A stretch of 64,000 bases of DNA from an uncultured Alphaproteobacteria bacterium (GTDB taxonomy: Bacteria; Pseudomonadota; Alphaproteobacteria; Puniceispirillales; Puniceispirillaceae): the NCBI GenBank assembly GCA_937924895.1, contig CALEYP010000003.1:811-64810 (forward strand), read 5' to 3'. The position numbers and the translations under genes are program-made. The notes beneath the pieces are model-generated. The model made no database searches and was not told where the DNA came from. It worked only from the letters and a program-made list of their open reading frames with translations. This document shows, in pieces, positions 27,546-36,726 of the stretch; position 1 is the stretch's first letter; every line of letters starts with the position of its first letter.

Positions 27546-28667
27546 ATGGCATCTGGCAGAGATATTGCAGATTGGATTAAGCAGAAGGCAAGACAGGCAG
27601 GCTTCGATAGCTGTGCTATCACCTCTGCGAGCCTCCCTGCTACCACCGCTGCGCATTTGGATGAGTTCATTGCGCAGGGCTATCATGGTGAGATGTCATG
27701 GCTCGCAGAGACGAGGGACAGACGCGCCTCGCCAGATGCCATGTGGCAAGAGGCGCAATCAGCCATTGTTCTAGCAATGAATTACGGGCCTGATCATGAC
27801 CCGCTCCTATCTTTATCTGAAACAGATAAAGGTAATATTTCAGTCTATGCCAGAGGGCGTGACTATCATGATGTGATTAAGGGCAAGTTAAAGCAACTGG
27901 CAGGGCAATTTGCCGCCTATGCCGGCGCTGATGTGAAAGTCTTTGTAGATACGGCACCTTTGCTCGAAAAGCCGCTTGCCGTGCAGGCTGGTTTGGGGTG
28001 GCAAGGGAAGCACAGTAATATGGTCAGCCGTGAATTCGGCTCCTGGGTGTTTTTAGGCACAATCTTAACGACGGCTTCCTTACCATATGATGCGCCTATG
28101 GCAGATCATTGTGGGAGTTGTACATCCTGTCTTGATATCTGCCCCACAAAGGCCTTCCCAAGACCGTATCAGCTCGATGCGCGTCGCTGTATCTCTTATA
28201 TGACGATTGAACAAGATAGCCAGATTGAGCCAGACTATCGTCCTTTGATTGGTAATCGCATATTTGGGTGTGATGATTGTCTGGCAGTTTGCCCGTGGAA
28301 TAAATTTGCCTCCGCCGCGGCTGAACAAAAACTGCATCCGCGTCATGATCACGCGCTTTGGCCGCTTGAGACATTGCTTCAGATGGATGAGGCCTTGTTT
28401 CGCTCTACCTTCGCTGGTATGCCTGTGCGCCGCGCAGGCTATGCGAAATTTATGCGCAATGTCCTGATTGCGGCTGGGAATGCGAACTCATCTGCGCTTA
28501 TCCCTCTTATCATTCCCTTTTTAACCGCCGAGGCGCCTCTGATGCGGGGTATGGCTATTTGGGCGCTCTCTTGTTATCAGACGCCAGAAGAGATGCAGCA
28601 CCACTATCAACGCGATGATGATCCTGATGTGGAGGCAGAATGGCAAAGGGCCCTTACATCACTGTAA
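27546..28667 (+). CDS. queG: Epoxyqueuosine reductase QueG
   Basis: Ferredoxin motifs CGSCTSCLDICP and CDDCLAVCPWN, plus C-terminal HEAT-like region. Confidence 0.85.
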   Translation: MASGRDIADWIKQKARQAGFDSCAITSASLPATTAAHLDEFIAQGYHGEMSWLAETRDRRASPDAMWQEAQSAIVLAMNYGPDHDPLLSLSETDKGNISVYARGRDYHDVIKGKLKQLAGQFAAYAGADVKVFVDTAPLLEKPLAVQAGLGWQGKHSNMVSREFGSWVFLGTILTTASLPYDAPMADHCGSCTSCLDICPTKAFPRPYQLDARRCISYMTIEQDSQIEPDYRPLIGNRIFGCDDCLAVCPWNKFASAAAEQKLHPRHDHALWPLETLLQMDEALFRSTFAGMPVRRAGYAKFMRNVLIAAGNANSSALIPLIIPFLTAEAPLMRGMAIWALSCYQTPEEMQHHYQRDDDPDVEAEWQRALTSL

Positions 28668-28706
28668 GAGCCCCCTGATATTAATAATGATGGATGAGCG
28701 GCTTAA

Positions 28707-29048
28707 CTAGCTTAGCGCTTCATCATCTGCTTCGCCGGTGCGAATACGTACAGCTTGCTGCAGATCCAAGACAAAGATCTTACCATCGCCAATCTTATCT
28801 GTGCCTGCGGCATCTTTTAATGTCTCGACAATTTTGTCAGCCATCTCACCACGGCAGGCAATCTCAATCTTGACCTTTGGCACAAAAGCAACGGCATATT
28901 CAGCCCCGCGATAAATTTCAGTCTGGCCACGTTGCCGGCCGAAGCCTTTCACTTCTGAGACGGTCAAACCTTCAACGCCTAACGCCATTAGCGCTTCACG
29001 TACATCATCCAGTTTGAAAGGTTTAATAATCGCAATGATATATTTCAT
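28707..29048 (-). CDS. glnK: Nitrogen regulatory protein P-II (GlnK-type, linked to amtB)
   Basis: MKYIIAIIKPFKLDDVREAL, and T-loop GQTEIYRGAEY with the uridylylatable Tyr. Confidence 0.9.
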   Translation of the reverse strand: MKYIIAIIKPFKLDDVREALMALGVEGLTVSEVKGFGRQRGQTEIYRGAEYAVAFVPKVKIEIACRGEMADKIVETLKDAAGTDKIGDGKIFVLDLQQAVRIRTGEADDEALS

Positions 29049-29059
29049 CTGCCTCTCCT

Positions 29060-30340
29060 TTAGTTTGTGTGATAGCCGCGTTCGCCGTGCTGTGTCAGGT
29101 CAAGACCCTCCACTTCGTCATTCTCTGACACACGTAACCCGCCGGCTAGACCAGCTACCTTTAGGATGACAAAGCTTGCAATGGCTGTCCAGACAACTGT
29201 GAGGGCAACACCGCCAAGCTGAACCATAAACTGGCTGGCAATTGATACATCGCCAAGGCCGACACCTGAGAATGTCTCTGTCGCCAGAACGGCTACCAAT
29301 AGTGAGCCAAGAATACCGCCTACACCATGGACAGCAAAGACATCCAAAGAATCGTCAATCTGTAACTTGCCACGAATGATATCAACAGCCACATAGCAGA
29401 TATAACCACCAGCAAGACCAAGGATAATGCCGCCAGGAACTCCAATATAGCCAGAGGCTGGTGTCACAGTGGCCAGACCAGCCACCATACCTGTGACCAT
29501 GCCAACAACTGACGGGCGACCAAAGCGACGCCATTCAATGACCATCCAAACAAGTGATGCAACGGCAGCAGAGATATGTGTGACGAGGAGGGCCATAGCC
29601 GCCCCTTGGCCGGCCGCGAGGGCAGAGCCGCCATTAAAGCCGAACCAGCCGACCCACAACATACATGCACCAATCATGGTTAGTACTGGGCTATGTGGTG
29701 GTGTCAACGAGGTTGGGAAGCCTCTGCGTTTGCCAAGCATAAGAGCAGCAACGATCGCGGCAGTACCTGCTGTGGCGTGAACCACAATACCACCGGCAAA
29801 ATCCATCACACCCCAGCTTGCTAGGATGCCGCCACCCCATACCCAATGAGTGACAGGGGCGTAGACGACTAATAGCCATAAACCGGAAAAGATAAGAACG
29901 GCTGAAAACTTAATCCGTTCGACATAGGCGCCGATCACCAAAGCTGGCGTAATAACAGCGAATGTCATTTGGAAGGCCGCAAACAGAGATTCCGGAATCG
30001 TACCTGATACGGTCTCAAATGTGATGGCAGACATAAAGATGTTATCAAGATTGCCAACCCAAGCGCCATCGCCTGAGAAAGCAAGGCTATAGCCAGCTAC
30101 AACCCACAACACAGAGCAGAGGCAGGCAATGGCAAAGTGATGCATCAAAACAGATATAATATTTTTTGACTGCACAAGGCCTGCATAAAACAAAGCGAGG
30201 CCTGGTAGGGTCATGAATAAGACCAAAGCGGTTGAGGTTAAAATCCAGGCTGAGTCACCTGAATCAACAGCTGCCATCGCATTATGTGGCAGAAAAAAAG
30301 CAAGGCCAGCTAGGCTAGCCAACAAAGAACGGTAAAACAT
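29060..30340 (-). CDS. amtB: Ammonium transporter AmtB
   Basis: Signal peptide then 11-TM Amt pattern (DFAGGIVVHATAG, VHGVGGILG). ATG at 30340. Confidence 0.9.
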   Translation of the reverse strand: MFYRSLLASLAGLAFFLPHNAMAAVDSGDSAWILTSTALVLFMTLPGLALFYAGLVQSKNIISVLMHHFAIACLCSVLWVVAGYSLAFSGDGAWVGNLDNIFMSAITFETVSGTIPESLFAAFQMTFAVITPALVIGAYVERIKFSAVLIFSGLWLLVVYAPVTHWVWGGGILASWGVMDFAGGIVVHATAGTAAIVAALMLGKRRGFPTSLTPPHSPVLTMIGACMLWVGWFGFNGGSALAAGQGAAMALLVTHISAAVASLVWMVIEWRRFGRPSVVGMVTGMVAGLATVTPASGYIGVPGGIILGLAGGYICYVAVDIIRGKLQIDDSLDVFAVHGVGGILGSLLVAVLATETFSGVGLGDVSIASQFMVQLGGVALTVVWTAIASFVILKVAGLAGGLRVSENDEVEGLDLTQHGERGYHTN

Positions 30341-30616
30341 GGAATTGCACCCCCATTTAAAATAATGTCGTGGAATTAGCATGTATCGTGGGGTCTTGGT
30401 GTGTTTTGAGAGGATTCCTGATTAGGATCGAGAATATGCATAAAAATTAATCACCAATATATATAAATGATTAAAAAATAGTCATAATAAGGGCGGGTAA
30501 ATGCGACCAAATGAGGCGAAAGAGACCTGTTTTTGCCATATTTACGCGCTATCTTTCACACTTGGACATGCGAAAGACTTATGTGGCACAGCCACAATTT
30601 AGGAAAGGAGGCAGCA

Positions 30617-31249
30617 ATGCCGTATCATTTCGTTTCCCTCTCATTTATTTCGCACGCTATGCGGCGCGCCTCTGTCTTGGCAGTGGCAGCTTGCGGCTTT
30701 GCACTAGTGGGTCTCCAGCCCGTGAATGCAGGGTCTGATTATGGTGATTATGCCCAAAACCTCCCTGAGGGGGCGGCGAGTCTTATCGTTGCTGGTGGCT
30801 GTTTTTGGTGTATTGAAAAAGATTTTGAAAAATTAGACGCGGTCTATGAGGTTGTATCTGGTTATGCCGGCGGTAGTTTGGAAAACCCAACCTATCAATC
30901 CCATCAAGGGCATCGCGAAGTGGTGCAAATCCATTATGATCCAACAGCTATCCAATTTGAAGAGCTGATCACGCATTATTACACCCATGTTGACTATGAA
31001 GATACAGGGGGGCAATTTTGCGACCGTGGTCACGCCTACAGCCCCGCCATTCATGTGTCATCTGACAAGGAGCGCGCCATCGCAACACGACTTGCGCCAA
31101 AGACATCGCTCGTGCCAATCGAAGATGAGGTGACGTTTTGGCCGGCAGAACGTTACCATCAGGATTATTATATGAAAAATCCGGTGCGGTATAATTTCTA
31201 TCGCTTTAGCTGTGGTAGAGATGCGCGAGTGGCAGCTTTGAATAACTAA
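30617..31249 (+). CDS. msrA: Peptide-methionine (S)-S-oxide reductase MsrA with N-terminal export signal
   Basis: GGCFWCIEKDF active site and HQDYY. N-terminal MRRASVLAVAACGFALVGLQPVNAG signal-like segment. AGGAAAGGAGG SD. Confidence 0.85.
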   Translation: MPYHFVSLSFISHAMRRASVLAVAACGFALVGLQPVNAGSDYGDYAQNLPEGAASLIVAGGCFWCIEKDFEKLDAVYEVVSGYAGGSLENPTYQSHQGHREVVQIHYDPTAIQFEELITHYYTHVDYEDTGGQFCDRGHAYSPAIHVSSDKERAIATRLAPKTSLVPIEDEVTFWPAERYHQDYYMKNPVRYNFYRFSCGRDARVAALNN

Positions 31250-31254
31250 TCACC

Positions 31255-32034
31255 TTATCGAAGTTGACTATCAATATAGCGGCGCCGGGCTTCTTGTTCG
31301 GCGCTAATTCGTCTGTCAATTTCTTCTGGGCTGAGGTCTTCATTTTGCGCCGTTTCTATAAGGGCATTAACTTCGTCAATATTGATGGTATCAGCCAATT
31401 CTTTGATATCGGTCAGGGCAGCTGAGAGGCTTGGCGCGTCAAATCCAACCGCCTCATTAATACCGGCTAGACTCACGCCGCCGACAAGCACCTGGCCAAA
31501 CCCGTCCTGTGCAATCGCATCAGAAAAGGCCTGTGTTCGGGTTTTCACGAGGCTCACATAAGGCGGGTATAGCAATTTATGAATCGGATAGAGTGCTTTT
31601 TGCCAATAAGACCATTTGATGATGGCGGTCGTAGTGGCTGGGACTGCATTATAAAAGAAAAAGAAAACCAAAGTTGCAATCAGGTTGTGAGAGACAACAC
31701 CAATGACAGCGCCCCCAATCTTAGCCGCGCGGTCAGGTTTTTCCATCTCGACGATTTTCAACATAATACGGGTGCCAAAGAATAAAGCACCGCTGAGGCC
31801 AAATAAGGCGATAATGCCGGAGAAGGCCCCTAGACCGCCTAAGGCAGAGGTTGTGGCATTGCCGCTATTGCTCAGGGTGAGCTGCACGAAGCCGGAGATT
31901 TTATCGTAATATAGCACAAATAGGCCCATCGGGACATAGGTGGCTAATAGCAAGACAACACCGGCAAAAGCACCGCGCCAATAACCGATGATGGCGCCAG
32001 CGACAACAAAGACTGCAATTAGGATATCAATCAT
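31255..32034 (-). CDS. cvpA: CvpA-family membrane protein with C-terminal soluble extension
   Basis: MIDILIAVFVVAGAIIGYWRGAF N-terminus and 4 TM segments typical of CvpA, followed by an extra ~90 aa acidic tail. Confidence 0.7.
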   Translation of the reverse strand: MIDILIAVFVVAGAIIGYWRGAFAGVVLLLATYVPMGLFVLYYDKISGFVQLTLSNSGNATTSALGGLGAFSGIIALFGLSGALFFGTRIMLKIVEMEKPDRAAKIGGAVIGVVSHNLIATLVFFFFYNAVPATTTAIIKWSYWQKALYPIHKLLYPPYVSLVKTRTQAFSDAIAQDGFGQVLVGGVSLAGINEAVGFDAPSLSAALTDIKELADTINIDEVNALIETAQNEDLSPEEIDRRISAEQEARRRYIDSQLR

Positions 32035-32101
32035 CTCAGGCGCGCCTCATCCCTGTCCTATTGAAAGACACATCTATTTTAAATGAGAGGGAGAGGAGAA
32101 T

Positions 32102-32175
32102 TGGAGCGGCTGACCAGACTTGAACTGGCCCTAAAAGCTTGGAAGGCTTTTGTGCTACCACTACACCACAGCCGC
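32102..32175 (-). tRNA. tRNA-Gly (anticodon TCC)
   Basis: Reverse complement GCGGCTG...CAGCCGC-T-CCA. Anticodon loop CTTCCAA, T-loop GTTCAAGTC, encoded CCA. Confidence 0.9.
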
Positions 32176-32262
32176 GCTCGTTTGCTGGCATACTATAGGG
32201 GGAGGCATGGGAAAAGTCTAGTCTCAACTGGCCGGTAATATCTAAGAAGACAGCGCAATCTA

Positions 32263-32793
32263 CTATAATTTTTCAGCGATTTTAATGGCGCCACGGCATC
32301 CCGTTTGAATAATCTTGCGCAAAAGAGGATAGGCAGTTGCCTCTTCACCCTTATGGTCGCGGGCAATATCACGATGCTCTAATTCTTCATCTCTAAAGCG
32401 GGCTAATGTTTTCGTCAGCTCAGCCTCTTGATCAGCGGCATGAAGCGCCTCGACTTGCTCTTGATAATGTTCACCGATGACCTCTTCGACGGCAATGGTA
32501 CAAGCCATCGCTGCCTTTGGTCCCATGGCAGCTGTTACCGCGCCAAGCGCAAACCCAGCCGCACCCCAGACAGGGTCAAGAAGCGACGGGCGCACCTGAT
32601 ACTCATTCAATAATTTGTCAAATGTTTCAAGGTGCTCAACTTCTTGTTCCATCATATGCTGAATTTCAGCTTCATGCTCATGACCTTTGAGGACGGCTAG
32701 TTGTCCTTTATAAATGGTTTGTGCAGCGCGTTCCCCAGCATGATTGACGCGTAAATATTCAGCTAATCGTTTGCGTGATACTTGTGCCATCAC
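32263..32793 (-). CDS. coq7: Demethoxyubiquinone hydroxylase Coq7 (di-iron carboxylate)
   Basis: RVNHAGERAAQTIYKGQ and repeated E..H motifs (EQEVEHL, RDEELEH). Confidence 0.85.
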   Translation of the reverse strand: MMAQVSRKRLAEYLRVNHAGERAAQTIYKGQLAVLKGHEHEAEIQHMMEQEVEHLETFDKLLNEYQVRPSLLDPVWGAAGFALGAVTAAMGPKAAMACTIAVEEVIGEHYQEQVEALHAADQEAELTKTLARFRDEELEHRDIARDHKGEEATAYPLLRKIIQTGCRGAIKIAEKL

Positions 32794-32801
32794 TCTCTCC
32801 T

Positions 32802-33305
32802 TTAGGCGGCCTTGGGGCCTGCTACTATGCTATATATTAACAGGGTGGCTATGATAAGCGAGGCAACCATATTCCACCCCGCCATTGAGATGCCCCATAA
32901 TTGCCATGCAATTTCATCACAACGCACCACAGGCGTTGCCAGCAAGCTATCTGTCAGTGATGCTAAATCACCACCGGCCATCTGTGCGGTGCATCCTTGT
33001 GGGCCTTGCCACCAGCCTTGTTCAACGCCAACATGTTGCAAGCCAACAGAGGCCGTCATCAGCGCACATGCGGCTGCCATCAGCCGCCACAGGCGATTGG
33101 CCTGCGGTGTGATAAACCCAATCAATGCAAGGGCCACAATCCCATAATGAGGCACGCGCTGGGTGAGGCATAATTTGCAAGGGGCGAGCCCACCGACATG
33201 TTCGAATAAAAGGGCGGCGACGAGTAAGGTGAATGACCCTAGCCCCGCGAGCCAAAGCGCGCGCGGACTGCGTATCATATCGACCATATGCTGTGTCAAA
33301 GCCAT
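32802..33305 (-). CDS. DsbB-family disulfide bond formation protein
   Basis: 4 TM helices, first periplasmic loop CKLC, second Cys pair CTAQ...VVRC. Confidence 0.7.
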   Translation of the reverse strand: MALTQHMVDMIRSPRALWLAGLGSFTLLVAALLFEHVGGLAPCKLCLTQRVPHYGIVALALIGFITPQANRLWRLMAAACALMTASVGLQHVGVEQGWWQGPQGCTAQMAGGDLASLTDSLLATPVVRCDEIAWQLWGISMAGWNMVASLIIATLLIYSIVAGPKAA

Positions 33306-33890
33306 CTATCCGAGCATCCAAAAGCCGATTAAAACCAAGACCAAAGCGCCTGAGGCAATCATCACCAATCGCTTGCTATCTTTATGATATCGTACCATCG
33401 CTGCGACAATCAAGAAGCGCGCCATACGGCCAATTGTCGCAATAATGAGGAAGGGAATAAGGGGATAGGCAAATAAGCCAGCTGAGATAGCAATCACCTT
33501 AAACGGCAAGGGGGTAAAGGCCCCGATTAAGACAAGAGGCAAGCCTAATTTCTGGAAGGCCTGTGCCACAATTTCAAATTTTTCAGCACTAAAAATGGCA
33601 TGTGGTAAGCTCTCAGCAGCTGCCATGACAGCTGGGGCAGCAAAAGCGCCCAGCGCCCAGCCAATCGCACCACCTAAGACAGATGCCAGCGCGCAATAAA
33701 CTGCAATTGAAATCCATCTTTGCGGTTTTGCCAAGACGCATGCGGCCAAAAGCGGGTCCGTGGGAATAGGAATAATGATCGATTCAAGGCAAGAAAAAGC
33801 ATAGAGGAAGAGACGCGCAAATTGCGTGCCAGCGGTGGTAAGCGCACGGTCATAGGCACGTTTGGCGCTGGACCAGATTTGGACGGTCAT
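33306..33890 (-). CDS. YqaA/DedA-like (VTT-domain) membrane protein
   Basis: Polytopic membrane protein with SIIIPIPTDPLL motif. Stop abuts the dsbB-like start. ATG 33890 preferred over TTG 33905. Confidence 0.6.
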   Translation of the reverse strand: MTVQIWSSAKRAYDRALTTAGTQFARLFLYAFSCLESIIIPIPTDPLLAACVLAKPQRWISIAVYCALASVLGGAIGWALGAFAAPAVMAAAESLPHAIFSAEKFEIVAQAFQKLGLPLVLIGAFTPLPFKVIAISAGLFAYPLIPFLIIATIGRMARFLIVAAMVRYHKDSKRLVMIASGALVLVLIGFWMLG

Positions 33891-34118
33891 ATGAAATCCC
33901 CACAACGAAATAATAGCAAAATTAGCGGTCTCTTATCAGAGATTGTAGATGTGGTAGCATGGCTGAGGCATCCTTTCCAGCCATAGCCTCGTCTGAGGCC
34001 CATTCTTTCTATCGTTTATGCGCAAGCGCCCCACGTGCCGCGCTATATTGCCTGCGTCATTATCTGTCACGTTACGCTAGCAAGAGACAAGACGCTATAA
34101 GGTTTCACTGATCGCAAA

Positions 34119-34156
34119 GGGGGGACGAGAGGGGCGTGCGGGGATGGGGCGGCGGG
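34119..34156 (+). other. G-quadruplex-forming tract (C-rich on the transcribed minus strand)
   Basis: GGGGGG-acgaga-GGGG-cgtgc-GGGG-at-GGGG-c-GG-c-GGG. At least four G4+ runs with loops of 6 nt or fewer. Confidence 0.6.
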
Positions 34157-34188
34157 CTGAGTATAATCCTACTCAACCCTATTGCATT

Positions 34189-35235
34189 TTATAACTCTAC
34201 CCAGCCAGCGAGGTTTTCACGTGCGATCTGTTCAATGACTTTCATGCCATGGTCGCTATCATTGAGGCAGGGGATATAGTTGAAGGTGCCACCGCCAGCT
34301 TCGTGGAATTCTTCCTGACCTTCTAGGGCTAGTTCTTCTAATGTCTCAAGGCAATCAGCGCTAAAGCCAGGCGCCATTAAGGCAAGATGCCCTACTTTTT
34401 CCTCACCAAATCGCTCTAATGTCTCATCCGTATAGGGCTGTAGCCACGGCTCACGACCAAAGCGAGATTGGAAGCTGACAAAGAATTTCTCTTCTGGCCA
34501 ATTTAACTCTTCTCTGACGAGCCGCGCGGTCTTCATGCAATGGCAGTGATAGGGATCACCTTGTGCAAAATAACGCTGCGGAATCCCATGAAAAGATAAC
34601 TGCAGCATATCTGGATCGCCATGGTCTGCTTGGAAGTCGCGGAAGCTATCAGCCAGCGCCTTAATATAGACAGGATGGTCATGATAGGCTGGTGCGGTAC
34701 GAATAGCAGGCTGCCATCTTTGTTTAAGCGCCCAGCGATACACTTCATCATTCACCGTTGCGGTTGTTGAGGCGGCATATTGCGGATAAAGAGGGATGAT
34801 AACAAAACGATTGCAGCCCGCAGCACGCATCGCTTCTAGGCGTGATTCAATCGAAGGATTGCCATAGCGCATGGCATAATCCACCATGAGGTCATCACGG
34901 CCATCGCCTTCAGCCCCGAACCGCTTGGCTAAATGTTCGGCTTGTAATCTTGTATATTTGCGTAACGGAGATCCATCTTCATCATCCAGCCAAATGCGCG
35001 CATAGGCGTCACCAGATTTGCGAGGACGAATATTGAGGATGATAAGATTTAGAATGAGCCACCATAACAGACGAGGCACTTCAACAACGCGCTTATCTGA
35101 CAAAAACTCTTTCAAATAACGGCGCATTGATGGGGTGTCAGTGCCATCTGGTGTTCCTAGATTAACAAGTAAGAGGCCTGTTTTGGCATGACGTGGCCAT
35201 TGCGGATGGTCCGCAGGCATTTGTTTCACAGACAT
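34189..35235 (-). CDS. hemH: Ferrochelatase
   Basis: Full-length HemH pattern (LLVNLGTPD, IPLYPQY, SFHG.P). Confidence 0.9.
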   Translation of the reverse strand: MSVKQMPADHPQWPRHAKTGLLLVNLGTPDGTDTPSMRRYLKEFLSDKRVVEVPRLLWWLILNLIILNIRPRKSGDAYARIWLDDEDGSPLRKYTRLQAEHLAKRFGAEGDGRDDLMVDYAMRYGNPSIESRLEAMRAAGCNRFVIIPLYPQYAASTTATVNDEVYRWALKQRWQPAIRTAPAYHDHPVYIKALADSFRDFQADHGDPDMLQLSFHGIPQRYFAQGDPYHCHCMKTARLVREELNWPEEKFFVSFQSRFGREPWLQPYTDETLERFGEEKVGHLALMAPGFSADCLETLEELALEGQEEFHEAGGGTFNYIPCLNDSDHGMKVIEQIARENLAGWVEL

Positions 35236-35288
35236 GATATCACCCTTTGATACTCAGATTTCATCAAGACTGACACCAATCTAGTGCG

Positions 35289-36548
35289 TTATCCGAAATT
35301 GGCTATGGCTTTTTTGTCAGCAATGTGGTGGAGACTTGGTGGATTGACGCGGTGGAAAACCTCAGTCAAGGCAGAGACAAGCTTATTCAGCATCTCATCA
35401 GTATGGAGCGGGCCTGGCGTAATGCGCAACCGCTCAGTCCCTCTGGGTACTGTAGGATAGTTAATCGGCTGAATATAAAGGTTATAGTCCTGCAGCAATG
35501 TCCAAGAGATTTCAGAGCATTGCGAGGCATCACCAACCATTACTGGCACAATATGGGTCGTTGACGGCAAAGCGGGTAAACCGGCCTCAGCGAGCATCTG
35601 TTTAAGCTTTCCGGCTTGTTCTTGCTGGCGGTCTCGCTCTTGGCTGCTATAGCGCAGATGACGAACCGATGCCAATGCCGCTTCTGCGAGGGCAGGGGGC
35701 ATCGCGGTAGTGAAAATAAATCCAGAACCAAAACCACGAATGGCGTCACAAATCGCATCACTAGCGGCTATATAGCCGCCCATCGCGCCATAGGCCTTGC
35801 CAAAGGTGCCTTGGATGATATCAATTCGGTCAGCTACGCCATCACGCTGGGCAACACCGCCACCTTGGGCACCATACATGCCAACTGCATGAACTTCATC
35901 TAAATAAGTCATCGCATTATAGCGACGTGCCAAGGCCGCAATCTCTGCGATAGGTGATGTATCACCATCCATTGAATAGACAGATTCAAAGATAATTAAT
36001 TTGTGGCGTTCGCGCGGTTGTGCAGCGAGTAGTTCCTCTAAATGAGCCAAATCATTATGACGGAAAATGGCTTTATCTGTTCTGGCATAGCGGATGCCGG
36101 AAATGATAGAGGCATGGTTCATAGAATCAGACAAAACGAGCGGGTCATCAAGCATTGATAATAATGCTGAAATGCTTGCCTCATTGGCGACATAGCCTGA
36201 TGTGAAGACTAGCGCTCTCTCTTTGCCATGCACTTCAGATAGCTCTTTTTCAAGCGCTACAATAGAAGAGGAGGTGCCTGAGATATTGCGTGTGCCACCA
36301 GCTCCTGTGCCATGTTCTTTGACAGATGCGCTCATTGCGTCAATCGCGTGAGCGGATTGTCCCATGCCGAGATAATCATTGGAACACCATACTGTGACTT
36401 GGCGCTCGCCGCTTTCACTGTGCCAAGTGGCATAGGGATGGCTGCCTGCCTTGCGCTCTAGTTCCACAAAATAGCGATAGCGATTTTCCGCTTTCAGCTT
36501 ATCAATATGGCTTGCGATGAGTGATTGATAATCCAATCTATTCCCCAC
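35289..36548 (-). CDS. hemA: 5-aminolevulinate synthase
   Basis: [18 protein letters not shown], and PLP-Lys GTFGKA. Start is GTG 36548 or TTG 36536, which would give the canonical MDY N-terminus. Confidence 0.9.
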   Translation of the reverse strand: MGNRLDYQSLIASHIDKLKAENRYRYFVELERKAGSHPYATWHSESGERQVTVWCSNDYLGMGQSAHAIDAMSASVKEHGTGAGGTRNISGTSSSIVALEKELSEVHGKERALVFTSGYVANEASISALLSMLDDPLVLSDSMNHASIISGIRYARTDKAIFRHNDLAHLEELLAAQPRERHKLIIFESVYSMDGDTSPIAEIAALARRYNAMTYLDEVHAVGMYGAQGGGVAQRDGVADRIDIIQGTFGKAYGAMGGYIAASDAICDAIRGFGSGFIFTTAMPPALAEAALASVRHLRYSSQERDRQQEQAGKLKQMLAEAGLPALPSTTHIVPVMVGDASQCSEISWTLLQDYNLYIQPINYPTVPRGTERLRITPGPLHTDEMLNKLVSALTEVFHRVNPPSLHHIADKKAIANFG

Positions 36549-36673
36549 TATTCAATGGCCGGTATGTCCATATCGCGGTCCCACACATACCAAGCCTGGC
36601 CCGATTAGCGCCAGCATAACACAGATTTTGCCCTTCATAGCGCAATTTAGTGACATATGCGAATTAAAATAGA

Positions 36674-36708
36674 TGTGACAAAAAGAAGCGTGGCCTCTCT
36701 TTGTCACA
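36674..36708 (-). terminator. Candidate terminator hairpin after fdsA (9-bp inverted repeat)
   Basis: TGTGACAAA-N17-TTTGTCACA perfect inverted repeat 19 nt past the fdsA stop, followed on the minus strand by a U-rich TCTATTTTAATT. Confidence 0.4.
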
Positions 36709-36726
36709 ATCTCGTTTGTGAACAAC

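Noticed and set aside
30584-30589. TGGCAC as a sigma-54 -24 element near msrA/amtB
   Set aside because: No GC dinucleotide occurs at the required spacing (GG-N10-GC). The element also faces msrA rather than amtB.
30341-30616. Possible glutamine riboswitch or other structured leader upstream of amtB
   Set aside because: I could not find the conserved glnA-motif core or any stable conserved-looking fold by eye. Only a weak imperfect stem (GATCCT..AGGAAT) is present.
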